64,000 nt of DNA, from the NCBI GenBank assembly GCA_012270885.1, contig JAAXHN010000009.1, positions 48,571-112,570 on the forward strand, given 5' to 3'. A program made the position numbers and the translations under genes. Under the pieces are notes generated by a model. The model was not told the DNA's origin. It made no database searches and saw nothing but the letters and a program-made list of their open reading frames with translations. Positions within the stretch are counted from its first letter, which is position 1; every line of letters starts with the position of its first letter. The DNA comes from Acidimicrobiia bacterium. GTDB taxonomy: Bacteria; Actinomycetota; Acidimicrobiia; Spongiisociales; ZC4RG35. Below are positions 1 to 8,389 of the stretch, one piece after another.

Positions 1-1
1 G

Positions 2-211
2 GCGCCCGATCCGTTCGTGCCGATCACCGTGGTGGAGGTGGAGTTCGTCTCCGAGGGAATCCAGGTGGTGGGTCCCCTGGTCGGTGCCTCGGCGGAGGGG
101 CTTCGGATGGGGATGGCGATGGAGACGGTGGTGGAGGTCTACTACTCCGACGACTCGGGAGAGGTGATCGGCTGGAAGTTCCGTCCCACCGAAGGAGATG
201 CCGATGAGTGA
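2..211 (+). CDS. DUF35-type OB-fold protein, C-terminal end (gene starts left of the window)
   Basis: The frame is open from the window edge. The C-terminal sequence is OB-fold-like (VVGPLVG...GMAMETVVEVYY...GWKFRP). Its stop (209-211) overlaps the start of the thiolase-like gene, which is the usual DUF35 + SCP-x thiolase pairing. Confidence 0.5.
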   Translation, partial: APDPFVPITVVEVEFVSEGIQVVGPLVGASAEGLRMGMAMETVVEVYYSDDSGEVIGWKFRPTEGDADE

Positions 212-1400
212 TGTGATAGTGGCTGGTGTGGGACTCCACCCCTGGGGCAAATTCCCCGAGAAGAGCTGGGTCGAGATGGGCGCCGACGTGGCACTGGACG
301 CGGTGTCGGACGCCGGCATGGAGTGGACGGACGTGGAGGCGATGGTCTCGGGCGCCATGCAGTGGGGAGGGTCGACGGGCATGCGGTCGGGCAACACCAT
401 CGCGGCGGCATTGGGGGAGACCGGGGTGCCGATCGCCAACATCAACAACGCCTGCGCATCGGGGGGTTCCCTGATGAGGGCGGCGTATGCCATGATCACC
501 TCAGGGATGCATGACTCGGTGCTGGTGATCGGGACGGACAAGTCCCCAAAAGGGTACTTTCCCAGCGTGCCGGTGCTGGCCGACGAGCCGCGTCCCCCCG
601 TCGACATGGTGCGCTGGCAGGTGGGAGTCCCCAATCCCGCCTACTGGGCGCTCGAGATGCGAAAGCGCATGGAGGCCTACGGGTCCACCGAGGAGCATCT
701 CGCCCAGGTGAAGGTGAAGAACTCCCGCCACGGCTCGCTCAATCCCTACGCCCGCTACCAGAAGGCATTCACGTTGGAGCAGGTGCTGTCCTCCCCGATG
801 GTGTGCGATCCCCTCCGCCTGCTGGAGATCTGCGCCACCTCCGACGGCGCGGCCGCGGTGGTGCTGGTGAGCGAGAAGAAGGCCCGTCGGTTGGGTGTAA
901 ACCCGCCTGTCAAGGTCGCGGCCTGCTCTCTGGCCAGCGGCGAGTTCGGGGATCCCACCATCCGCATCCCGCTCCTGGCGGCCACCTCCGACGGTGCAGC
1001 CACCGCGCCGCTGCTCTCCGAGAGCCGGCTAGCCGCCCAGATGGCCTACGAGCAGGCCGGTCTGGGGCCCGAGGATATGGACTTCGTGGAACTTCCCGAC
1101 AACTCCTCATGGCATGAATTGCAGTACCTCGAGACCATGGGGTTCTGCGGGGAGGGCGAGGCGGAGAAGCTCCTGGACGCGGGGGAGACCGCGCTGGGAG
1201 GACGGCTGCCGGTTTGTCCCAGCGGAGGATTCTCCTCCTTCGGGGAGGCCACCATGGCCCAGGGAATCCTCCAGATCGTGGAGGTGACCTGGCAACTCCG
1301 CGGAACTGCCGGCACCCGCCAGGTGGAAGGCGCCCGCAAGGCCATCACCGAGGTCTACGGCGCCCAAGCCAACAACTCCGCCTGCGTCCTTACTACCTGA
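204..1400 (+). CDS. thiolase-like lipid-transfer protein (SCP-x / nonspecific thiolase family)
   Basis: ORF 198-1400. It has the NNACASGGS active-site Cys region and the C-terminal CPSGGFSSFGEA...QLRGTAGTRQV. ATG 204 is preferred because GAAGGAG (191-197) directly abuts ATG 198. Confidence 0.85.
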   Translation: MSDVIVAGVGLHPWGKFPEKSWVEMGADVALDAVSDAGMEWTDVEAMVSGAMQWGGSTGMRSGNTIAAALGETGVPIANINNACASGGSLMRAAYAMITSGMHDSVLVIGTDKSPKGYFPSVPVLADEPRPPVDMVRWQVGVPNPAYWALEMRKRMEAYGSTEEHLAQVKVKNSRHGSLNPYARYQKAFTLEQVLSSPMVCDPLRLLEICATSDGAAAVVLVSEKKARRLGVNPPVKVAACSLASGEFGDPTIRIPLLAATSDGAATAPLLSESRLAAQMAYEQAGLGPEDMDFVELPDNSSWHELQYLETMGFCGEGEAEKLLDAGETALGGRLPVCPSGGFSSFGEATMAQGILQIVEVTWQLRGTAGTRQVEGARKAITEVYGAQANNSACVLTT

Positions 1401-1425
1401 GCCGGAAGCCTGGGGATCCGGGCCG

Positions 1426-2205
1426 TCAGGCGGCAACGCGCCGGATGATCTTTCGAGTGAAGTCTTCGTGTGAGGCCAGTGACGAGATCATTTCACCGCC
1501 AACGTCCGAGAGTCTTGCCAGGTCCATCCTGGGAATCTCGCTTTGGTCTGCGAAGACTAGGATCGACTCGAACTTGAGGGTGTGCCGATGAAAGTAGGAC
1601 AGCATTATTGTGGCCAGCCTTGCCTTGTCACGATTGGGTATACCGTAGACGTACAACGGCATGCCCTTGCCTTCAATCCTGTAGTCGACCGGATATGCTT
1701 GGGCATTGGGAATCTCAGGAAGGTAGTCTCGCTGTATCTTGGCTTCATCCACCAGGCTTGTCAATAGGTCTGCCAAGTCGTCGTAGAACGTGGAGCCAAC
1801 GTTTGTTCTGGAGAGCATGGTCAGATCAAATAGCCTGGTCAACGCCTGGCCGAGTCCGAACACGGCTTCCGAAAGCCTCTCAGGAGTCGTGTCCAAACAG
1901 AAAGCCCCGTCCTCCCAGCTAAGTCCGGTCTCGTTCATGATTCGTTCCATTAGCATGCCTCGCGTGCCGTCCATGAACGAGTCGATGTCATGCTCATAGC
2001 TGATGTGCATTAGAGTGTGGCCGCGGTCCGACAGGCGAAGGCCGCCGCCCGATAGCTCCGAGAGATAGATCGGATAGCCATCTCCATCAGGAAATCTGAA
2101 ATGGGTCCGCAACATCAATACACCGTCGGGGCGTTGCTCTATTCCCACGTCCTGGCAAAGACGTTCGCACAGCAGCCTCCTAAGAGTTTCGATATCTGAG
2201 ATCAT
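1426..2205 (-). CDS. hypothetical protein with DUF1828-like N-terminal and DUF1829-like C-terminal halves (function unknown)
   Basis: 259-aa ORF in a visibly low-GC segment. The motif FRFPDGDGYPIYLSE..LRLSDRGHTL is recalled from DUF1828. ATG 2205 overlaps the upstream gene's stop (ATGA at 2202-2205). Confidence 0.65.
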   Translation of the reverse strand: MISDIETLRRLLCERLCQDVGIEQRPDGVLMLRTHFRFPDGDGYPIYLSELSGGGLRLSDRGHTLMHISYEHDIDSFMDGTRGMLMERIMNETGLSWEDGAFCLDTTPERLSEAVFGLGQALTRLFDLTMLSRTNVGSTFYDDLADLLTSLVDEAKIQRDYLPEIPNAQAYPVDYRIEGKGMPLYVYGIPNRDKARLATIMLSYFHRHTLKFESILVFADQSEIPRMDLARLSDVGGEMISSLASHEDFTRKIIRRVAA

Positions 2206-2675
2206 TGGAATATCCTCGGCTGATCGTGCTGGGTTTGAAGCCCGCTGACATTGAAGTCTTCAACAAGACATGCAAGAGCCCCGCTCAGAGTTCTATATCG
2301 GTTGGTCTCCTCCGCCTCTGACTCGGGCTTCCTGCCAGCTAGAATGGCCTTTTGGGTTGCACGATGGATGTGGGGACGGTAGGAGATGTCCCCATGCGGA
2401 TGACTCGACCCGTTGTAACGAGCCAAAGTCAAAGATGGACTGCTCCGTGGAATGTAGAGGATCCCGCAAGAAAAGTCGCTGGTGTCATTGAGATTCTCAC
2501 GCAGATAAATAGAGAAGCGCGGCTCCGAATCTTGTCCGGTTACCTTATAGTTGCGTTGCCGATGTGAGGGTCGTCCCTTGGGCTTCTTCAACCAGCGTGC
2601 GTTCGGATTGGTGACGCGCTTCGGTAACGCTTGGAGTTGGGCGATCTCTTGATCGTCGTAGAGCTTGGTGTTCAT
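2202..2675 (-). CDS. hypothetical 157-aa protein, no recognisable family
   Basis: ORF 2202-2690. The internal ATG at 2675 has a GAGGG/GGAG-rich stretch just upstream. The protein has a very basic N-terminal third (KRVTNPNARWLKKPKGRPSHRQRNYK) and a His cluster (ARYNGSSHPHGD...PHIHR), and it uses low-GC codons. Confidence 0.6.
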   Translation of the reverse strand: MNTKLYDDQEIAQLQALPKRVTNPNARWLKKPKGRPSHRQRNYKVTGQDSEPRFSIYLRENLNDTSDFSCGILYIPRSSPSLTLARYNGSSHPHGDISYRPHIHRATQKAILAGRKPESEAEETNRYRTLSGALACLVEDFNVSGLQTQHDQPRIFQ

Positions 2676-2769
2676 CTCTCCAACCCTCATCGTGCAAAGG
2701 GGAATCCATCATCGCGCCGCGGGAAACCGTCGGGCTCAGTTCCTTGCAGAATGGTACCGTGCCTGGAGT

Positions 2770-3156
2770 CTACGGCGCGGGGCAGTCTTTCATAGGGAGG
2801 ATCCCCCGAGGGGTGAACGCCCAGGCCCACCCGAACCCCGGGATAGAACTGAAGTACCTTCTTCCGCTTCCGCTGGATACGGGAAGGGTGGCCACCACCC
2901 TTCCCTTTTCGACGAGGTGCAACACCTGCCTCTCGAGATCGACTTCCACCCTATTGGGCTGATCCGGCACTTCTGGAACCTGTGCTTCCCATGCCGATAG
3001 GACTTCCATGTCACCGGGTGTCAAGGTGGGGACACGATCCAGATCCGCCGCCTTGCAAAAGGCCACAATGGCATGTCGCATCTCCCCCCTCTGGTACCCG
3101 TCCACCGGCCCCCCGTAGAAGCCCTTGTCGGCCAGAAGGGCTTGGATCCGGACCAC
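2770..3156 (-). pseudogene. L,D-transpeptidase remnant (PG-binding domain plus only the first strands of a YkuD domain)
   Basis: LLADKGFYGGPVDGYQRGEMRHAIVAF is PG_binding_1-like, and VEVDLERQVLHLVEKGRVVATLPVSSGSG...FTPRG matches the start of a YkuD domain. The ORF then stops before the catalytic His/Cys region. No signal peptide is present, and an in-frame stop lies at 3238-3240 upstream. Confidence 0.5.
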
Positions 3157-3374
3157 TTCGAGATTGACAAGGTAGTCGTCCGGGACGCTACTGATTGCGG
3201 ATGTTCGCTCAGCCTGGGCATCCCTCAGCCGCGCCTGTCACCATCATCAATAGGAGTCGGATCCAACTGCGGCGGAGTTGGATCGATGGATACACCAGAC
3301 CGAGGGGTTTCTAGCTGTGGTATCCGACAGCCGTTAGTTCAGTTGAGTCGGCCCTGGCTAGGATTCCGGTCTGT

Positions 3375-3680
3375 ATGGGCCGCATCGCCGTCGTTGCCAA
3401 GCTGGTCGCCGCCGAGGGAAGGCGAGAGGAACTCCAAGCTCGCCTCACGGAGCACTTTCAGCGGGTGCAGGATGAGGAGGGGACGCTGGTCTTCTCCTGG
3501 CAGGTCGACTTCCGCAATCCAGACGCCTTCTGGGCCTATGAGGTGTACGCCAGCCGGGAGGCGCTGGCGGCCCATGCCGAGTGGGCGGCCTCAGCGGTGG
3601 AAGAGATGGCCGAACTGCTCGCTTCTGAGCCGGAAGTCTTCTTTTGCAGGCCCCTGATGGCCAAGGGCCTGCCGGAGTAG
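3375..3680 (+). CDS. antibiotic-biosynthesis-monooxygenase (ABM) domain protein
   Basis: 101-aa ORF with the typical ABM size and pattern (IAVVAKLVAAEGRREEL...GTLVFSW...FWAYEVYASREALAAH). Confidence 0.65.
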   Translation: MGRIAVVAKLVAAEGRREELQARLTEHFQRVQDEEGTLVFSWQVDFRNPDAFWAYEVYASREALAAHAEWAASAVEEMAELLASEPEVFFCRPLMAKGLPE

Positions 3681-3757
3681 TTACCCCAGACTCCCAACCG
3701 AGTTCTGCCCCGGTGGTAGGTGCTGCCGTCAGTTCCCAGGGTCGTTTGAGTTCGACG

Positions 3758-4273
3758 TCAGGTGGCCGACCAGGCGCGGATAGTCTCGACACGGACCTCT
3801 ATGACAGGTCCCGGCGGAGGTTGGGTGCTGTAGGGTTGGTATTTGCGGGTAAGGAGGGCGATTCCTTCTTGGAAGGCCGGCCCCGAGTCGATCACCCTCG
3901 CCCCACCGTCGATCCTTATCCACCACAGCCGGGTCCAGTCGTCGTCGTAGCGGTCCAGGAGCACCGAGACGTTGGGGTTGGCCTCGATGTTGCGGAGCCG
4001 CTTGAGCCGTAGGGTGGATTTGGGTTTGCGGTCCACGGCGGTGTAGAGACGCCCGTCCCGGTAGGCGAAGACGATCCGAACCAGGTGAGGCCGGCCAGCG
4101 CGGTCGACGGTTCCCAGAGTGGCCGACCGGGCCTCCGTCAGCCGCCGGGTGATCTCTTCGGGGTCGATCAGGCACCTCCTGGTCTGGAAACCTGTAGATG
4201 TAGGGATTGGGGACACCTCCCATTCTGCCTCCCGCGGAAGAAGTAAGGGGCGGGATGGTCGGTTTATCTTCAT
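3758..4273 (-). CDS. PPOX-class probable F420-dependent enzyme (Rv0121-like family)
   Basis: ARSATLGTVDRAGRPHLVRIVFAY...YTAVDRKPKST..LKRLRNIEANPNVSVLLDRYDDDWTRLWWIRIDG. The start is uncertain: ATG 4273 is used, and an AGGAGG at about 4170 suggests a shorter product is possible. Confidence 0.7.
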   Translation of the reverse strand: MKINRPSRPLLLPREAEWEVSPIPTSTGFQTRRCLIDPEEITRRLTEARSATLGTVDRAGRPHLVRIVFAYRDGRLYTAVDRKPKSTLRLKRLRNIEANPNVSVLLDRYDDDWTRLWWIRIDGGARVIDSGPAFQEGIALLTRKYQPYSTQPPPGPVIEVRVETIRAWSAT

Positions 4274-4338
4274 TCTCCGTCCTTCGTCTCTACAATCACC
4301 AGCGACGCAAACGGACAACGAAGGAAGGAGAGTTAGAG

Positions 4339-5460
4339 GTGGACTTCGCTCTGGCCTCGGCCGATGATCCCAGGCGCCTGCGGGTCCGCGACTGGCTCTC
4401 TAATCACCCCGATCCAAGCCCGGAACAGCTGGCCAGGGCCGGTTATGTGAAGCCCCGATTCCCTGCGCCGTACGGGCAGGGCGCCGATGTCCTCGAGGAA
4501 CTGATCATCGACGAGGAGTTGGCCTCGGCGGGCGTGAGCCGCCCGGACAACACCATCGCCCTGGGTTGGGCGGCGCCGACGCTACTCAACTTCGGCAACG
4601 CCGCCCAGCAGGAACGGCACCTGTGGCCGATTCTCACCGGTGAGGAGCAGTGGTGCCAGCTCTTCTCGGAGCCCAACTCCGGTTCCGACCTGGCTTCCCT
4701 TCAGACCCGGGCACAGCTTGACGGAGACGAGTGGGTCGTCAACGGCCAGAAGATCTGGACCAGCGGGGCGGAGGTCTCCCGGTACGGGATGCTTCTGGCC
4801 CGGACCGATCCCGACGCACCCAAGCACCGGGGGATCACCTGGTTCATCTGCCCGATGGAACAACCCGGGATCGAGATCCGTCCGATAATCGAAATGACAG
4901 GGAACCGGCACTTCAACGAGGTGTTCCTCACCGACGTGCGCGTTCCCGCCGAGAACGTGGTGGGAGAACTCCACACCGGATGGCGGGCGGCCCGCTACAC
5001 CCTGGCCAACGAGCGGGTGGCGCTTTCGGGGGGAGGAGCGATCTGGGGGATGGGACCCAGCGTCCACGATCTCTTGGAGCGGGCTCGCGCCGGAGGGGTC
5101 GATCGAAAGACCCACCGACAGGAGTTTGCCCGGCTGTACACCGAGGACAAGATCATCCACCTCATCGGCCTGCGGATCCTCACCGACCTGGTGGCCGGGC
5201 GGGAGCCGGGGGCGATAGCCGAGGTCAAGAAGCTGATGGCGGATCGGGCCGGTCAGCGGATCATGAACCTGGCCAAGGACCTGGCCGGGGCCGACGGGAT
5301 GCGTACCGACCGGGGTCCCTTCGGAGAGGAGACCGACGAGTGGAACTGGGGGTTCTTGTTCTCCCCGGCGCTCACCATCGGAGGGGGAACCTCCCAGATT
5401 CTTCTCAATGTGATAGCAGAGCGGATGCTGGGACTTCCCCGGGAGCTGCTCCTCAAGTAG
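4339..5460 (+). CDS. acyl-CoA dehydrogenase family protein
   Basis: LFSEPNSGSDLASLQTRAQLDGDEWVVNGQKIWTSGA. GTG 4339 is chosen because GGAAGGAGAG lies 6-7 nt upstream. The ORF track's start at 4207 would overlap the divergent PPOX gene. Confidence 0.85.
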   Translation: MDFALASADDPRRLRVRDWLSNHPDPSPEQLARAGYVKPRFPAPYGQGADVLEELIIDEELASAGVSRPDNTIALGWAAPTLLNFGNAAQQERHLWPILTGEEQWCQLFSEPNSGSDLASLQTRAQLDGDEWVVNGQKIWTSGAEVSRYGMLLARTDPDAPKHRGITWFICPMEQPGIEIRPIIEMTGNRHFNEVFLTDVRVPAENVVGELHTGWRAARYTLANERVALSGGGAIWGMGPSVHDLLERARAGGVDRKTHRQEFARLYTEDKIIHLIGLRILTDLVAGREPGAIAEVKKLMADRAGQRIMNLAKDLAGADGMRTDRGPFGEETDEWNWGFLFSPALTIGGGTSQILLNVIAERMLGLPRELLLK

Positions 5461-5494
5461 AAAGCCGAGCCGGGACGCCGTAGGGTTGGGGCCG

Positions 5495-6688
5495 ATGCGC
5501 ATCCTGGTCATCAACTGCGGCAGTTCGTCAATCAAGTACAAGCTGTACGGCGTGGAGGTGGGAGATTCCCTGGCAGAGGGGATCATTGAAGGGATCGGCA
5601 CCCCGAGCGCCCGGCACCGGCACCGGGTGGAGGACTGGGAGACCGCGGTGGAGGTGGCGGTCGTCGATTACCGCTCCGGGGTGTCACGCATAGTCGAGGC
5701 GCTGTCGGAGTGGGGGCCGACCCCTCCAGTGGCCGACTCCCGGGAGATCGTGGGGGTGGGTCATCGGGTGGTGCACGGCGGGGAGCGGTTCTCCTCCTCG
5801 GTGATCATCAATCCCTCGGTGATGGAAGCCATCGAAGCCCTGGACTCCCTGGCGCCCCTTCACAACCCCGCCAACCGGGCCGGTATCGAAGCGGCGGGCA
5901 ACCTTCTGCCCAAGGCCGTGGGGGTGGCGGTCTTCGACACCGCTTTTTTCTCGACGCTGCCCGAGCGCGCCTATCGCTACGCGGTCCCGGCGCAGTGGTG
6001 GAGTCGCCACGGTGTTCGGCGCTACGGCTTCCACGGGATCAGCCACCGCTATCTCGTGGAGCGGGCTTCTGAAGTGCTGGGCAAACCGCGCCCCAACCTT
6101 GTGACGTTCCACCTGGGCGCGGGGGCGTCGGCCTGCGCGGTCCGCGACGGCAGGGCCGTCGACACCTCGATGGGGATGACCCCCCTGGAGGGGCTGGTGA
6201 TGGGCACCCGGAGCGGCGACCTCGACCCGGCGGTGGTGTTTCACCTCATGAAGGCGGGTCTGTCGGCGTCCGAGATCCGCCGGGGCCTGGAGAGGGAGGG
6301 TGGCCTTTTGGGTCTGAGCGGGATCTCCTCGGACTTCCGGAGACTGACCGAAGCGACCCGCGCTGGGAACCCCTCCGCCGCCTTGGCGGTGGAGATCTTC
6401 GTCCATCGCATCCGCCGCTACCTCGGGGCGTTCCTGGTGCAGGCAGCGCCATGCGACGGGGTGGTCTTCTCCGGCGGGATCGGCGAGAACAGTCTCGAGG
6501 TGCGCCGGATGGTGATCAGTGACCTGGAATCCATGGGGTTGGTCCTCGATCCCTCGAGGAATGCCGTGACGGGAGGGAGGCGTATCTCCACAGAGGGCAG
6601 TCCCATCCCCATTTGGGTTTTGCCCACCGATGAGGAGTCTCTGATAGCCCGCGATACGGTCCGACTGGTTGTTGTCGGCCAGGTGTGA
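5495..6688 (+). CDS. ackA: acetate kinase
   Basis: It has the canonical N-terminus MRILVINCGSSSIKYKLY, followed by HRVVHGG and GFHGISH. No pta gene is adjacent. Confidence 0.9.
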   Translation: MRILVINCGSSSIKYKLYGVEVGDSLAEGIIEGIGTPSARHRHRVEDWETAVEVAVVDYRSGVSRIVEALSEWGPTPPVADSREIVGVGHRVVHGGERFSSSVIINPSVMEAIEALDSLAPLHNPANRAGIEAAGNLLPKAVGVAVFDTAFFSTLPERAYRYAVPAQWWSRHGVRRYGFHGISHRYLVERASEVLGKPRPNLVTFHLGAGASACAVRDGRAVDTSMGMTPLEGLVMGTRSGDLDPAVVFHLMKAGLSASEIRRGLEREGGLLGLSGISSDFRRLTEATRAGNPSAALAVEIFVHRIRRYLGAFLVQAAPCDGVVFSGGIGENSLEVRRMVISDLESMGLVLDPSRNAVTGGRRISTEGSPIPIWVLPTDEESLIARDTVRLVVVGQV

Positions 6689-6738
6689 GTCAGCGCACGG
6701 CGTTGAGACCCGGGCGCTGGCGGACTACATTTGGAGGG

Positions 6739-7263
6739 ATGAAGCTCTATGTGAAGGCCGCGGTGTTCACCCTGGTAGTGCTGGGTGGGTTCGGGGGCTT
6801 GGTCCCCGCCCTGCTGGTGCGGGGACGGGATGCGGCGGATGGGGCGCTATTTGTGCTGGCTGTCTGTTTGATGGCGATCGGGGCGGCCATGTACCTGCGT
6901 TGCGTCTGGGACTTCGCGGTGTTCGGGAAGGGGACGCCCGCTCCCATAGACGAACCGAAGCGACTCGTTGTTCGAGGTCTCTACCGCTATACCCGAAATC
7001 CCATGTACGTGGGACTGCTGACCCTGATCTCCGGGTGGGCCATCCTTTTCGCATCAGTGGTCCTGGCGTGGTGCGGGGTCTTCTTGTTCGTATTCTTCTC
7101 CATGTTCGTGCGCCTTTACGAAGAGCCGCACCTGTCCCGGAAGTTCGGCGCCGAATACGAGGTGTACAAGGCTCGGGTGGGCCGCTGGTTACCCCGGTTC
7201 TCTCGCAGTCGAGGGGGGGCGGTTAACCCTCCGGGGCTGTCCGGTGGCAGGGCCGACCGTTAG
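6739..7263 (+). CDS. isoprenylcysteine carboxyl methyltransferase (ICMT)/phospholipid methyltransferase family membrane protein
   Basis: RGLYRYTRNPMYVGLL...LYEEPHLSRKFGAEYEVYKARVGRWLP. ATG 6739 is directly preceded by GGAGGG. Confidence 0.8.
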   Translation: MKLYVKAAVFTLVVLGGFGGLVPALLVRGRDAADGALFVLAVCLMAIGAAMYLRCVWDFAVFGKGTPAPIDEPKRLVVRGLYRYTRNPMYVGLLTLISGWAILFASVVLAWCGVFLFVFFSMFVRLYEEPHLSRKFGAEYEVYKARVGRWLPRFSRSRGGAVNPPGLSGGRADR

Positions 7264-7291
7264 ATTGAATGCCCCTCTTGTTGCTCCCTGA

Positions 7292-8377
7292 ATGATGTTG
7301 GCGAGACTCCGCGAACTGCACAGGGGACTCCGGAACGCCCACCGCGGGACGGACGTGGTCCGTCGGGTGCAACGCTTCGACGGCTGGATCGACAGAACGT
7401 CAGCCGTTGAGGCAGACGGGAGGGGGTACGACCACGTTGAAACGGTCGGGGAGTACTACGACCTTTGCAATGAGTTCATGGTGTACGGTTGGGGCGAGTC
7501 CCTGCATTTCGCGCCGCTTTCGCCTCAGGAGACCTTGGGGGAGTCCCAGGTCCGGCATCAAAGACTGATGATCGCCAAACTGGATTTGCGTGAGGGCATG
7601 AACGTGGTCGATATAGGTTGCGGAATCGGCGGCCCGATGCGCCGCGTGGTCCGTGAGGCGGGTGTCAGAGTCGTCGGCGTCAACCGGAGTGGAGTCCAGC
7701 TTGACAGGGCGAGATCGTTGAACGCCGAGGCGGGACTCGACCACATGGTCGACTACCTGGAGTGCAGTTTCATGGACATGGGGGCCGTTCCTGACGACAC
7801 CTTCGACCGGGGGTACGCCATCGAGTCGACGTGCCATGCGCCGGACAAGGTGGGGGCGTTCACCGAGATCCACCGGGTGCTGAAGCCAGGAGCCCTGTTC
7901 TGGGGTCAGGAAATGTGCATGACGGACAGGTACGACCCTGACGACAAGCGGCACCGGGCCATCAAGCAGGAATTGATGCGCGGCATCGCGCTTCCGGAAG
8001 TTGCCACGGTGGACCAGGTGAACCGAGACCTTGTGGCGGCAGGATTTGAGGTCGTCGAAGGGATTGATCGGGCTGGGGAGGAGTACGGTCAGACAACACC
8101 GTGGTACCAGCCAATGGAAACCTCCCGGGAAACAGTGGGCCGCGGCCTGCACAGGATTCCGCTTGGTCGCAGGGCGCTCATGAAGGTATTCAGGGCGGCT
8201 GAGGTGGTCAGGGTGTTTCCCAAGGGTTCCGCGGAGATCGTCAGGCTGCTGGATCGGACCGCAAGGGCCTACGTTGCGGGCGGGAAGACCGGGATATTCA
8301 CGCCGCTGTACTGTTTCCTGGCCCGCAAGCCCAACAAGGCCGGGGCCGGACTTTCGACAGTAGATTCGGAGGGTTGA
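7292..8377 (+). CDS. SAM-dependent methyltransferase, sterol 24-C-methyltransferase (ERG6/SMT)-like
   Basis: All three SMT signature regions are present: YYDLCNEFMVYGWGESLHF, VDIGCGIGGP and YAIESTCHAP. It also has KPGALFWGQEMCMTDRYDPDDKRHRAIKQELMRGIALP. Confidence 0.8.
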   Translation: MMLARLRELHRGLRNAHRGTDVVRRVQRFDGWIDRTSAVEADGRGYDHVETVGEYYDLCNEFMVYGWGESLHFAPLSPQETLGESQVRHQRLMIAKLDLREGMNVVDIGCGIGGPMRRVVREAGVRVVGVNRSGVQLDRARSLNAEAGLDHMVDYLECSFMDMGAVPDDTFDRGYAIESTCHAPDKVGAFTEIHRVLKPGALFWGQEMCMTDRYDPDDKRHRAIKQELMRGIALPEVATVDQVNRDLVAAGFEVVEGIDRAGEEYGQTTPWYQPMETSRETVGRGLHRIPLGRRALMKVFRAAEVVRVFPKGSAEIVRLLDRTARAYVAGGKTGIFTPLYCFLARKPNKAGAGLSTVDSEG

Positions 8378-8389
8378 AGCCCCTTTCTA

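Noticed and set aside
3260-3284. 9-bp inverted repeat gatccaact-gcggcgg-agttggatc between the L,D-transpeptidase remnant and the ABM gene
   Set aside because: It could be a terminator or an operator. However, it has no T-tract, lies in a decayed region, and nothing links it to a function.
3073-3657. 194-aa plus-strand ORF overlapping the ABM gene and the L,D-transpeptidase remnant
   Set aside because: It has an Arg/Ser/Pro-rich composition and no motifs. It overlaps a better-supported ABM-domain ORF in another frame.
5495-6688. ackA without an adjacent pta
   Set aside because: Unlinked ackA and pta genes, or acetate kinase working with other acyl-phosphate-forming enzymes, are common. This is not informative without the whole genome.
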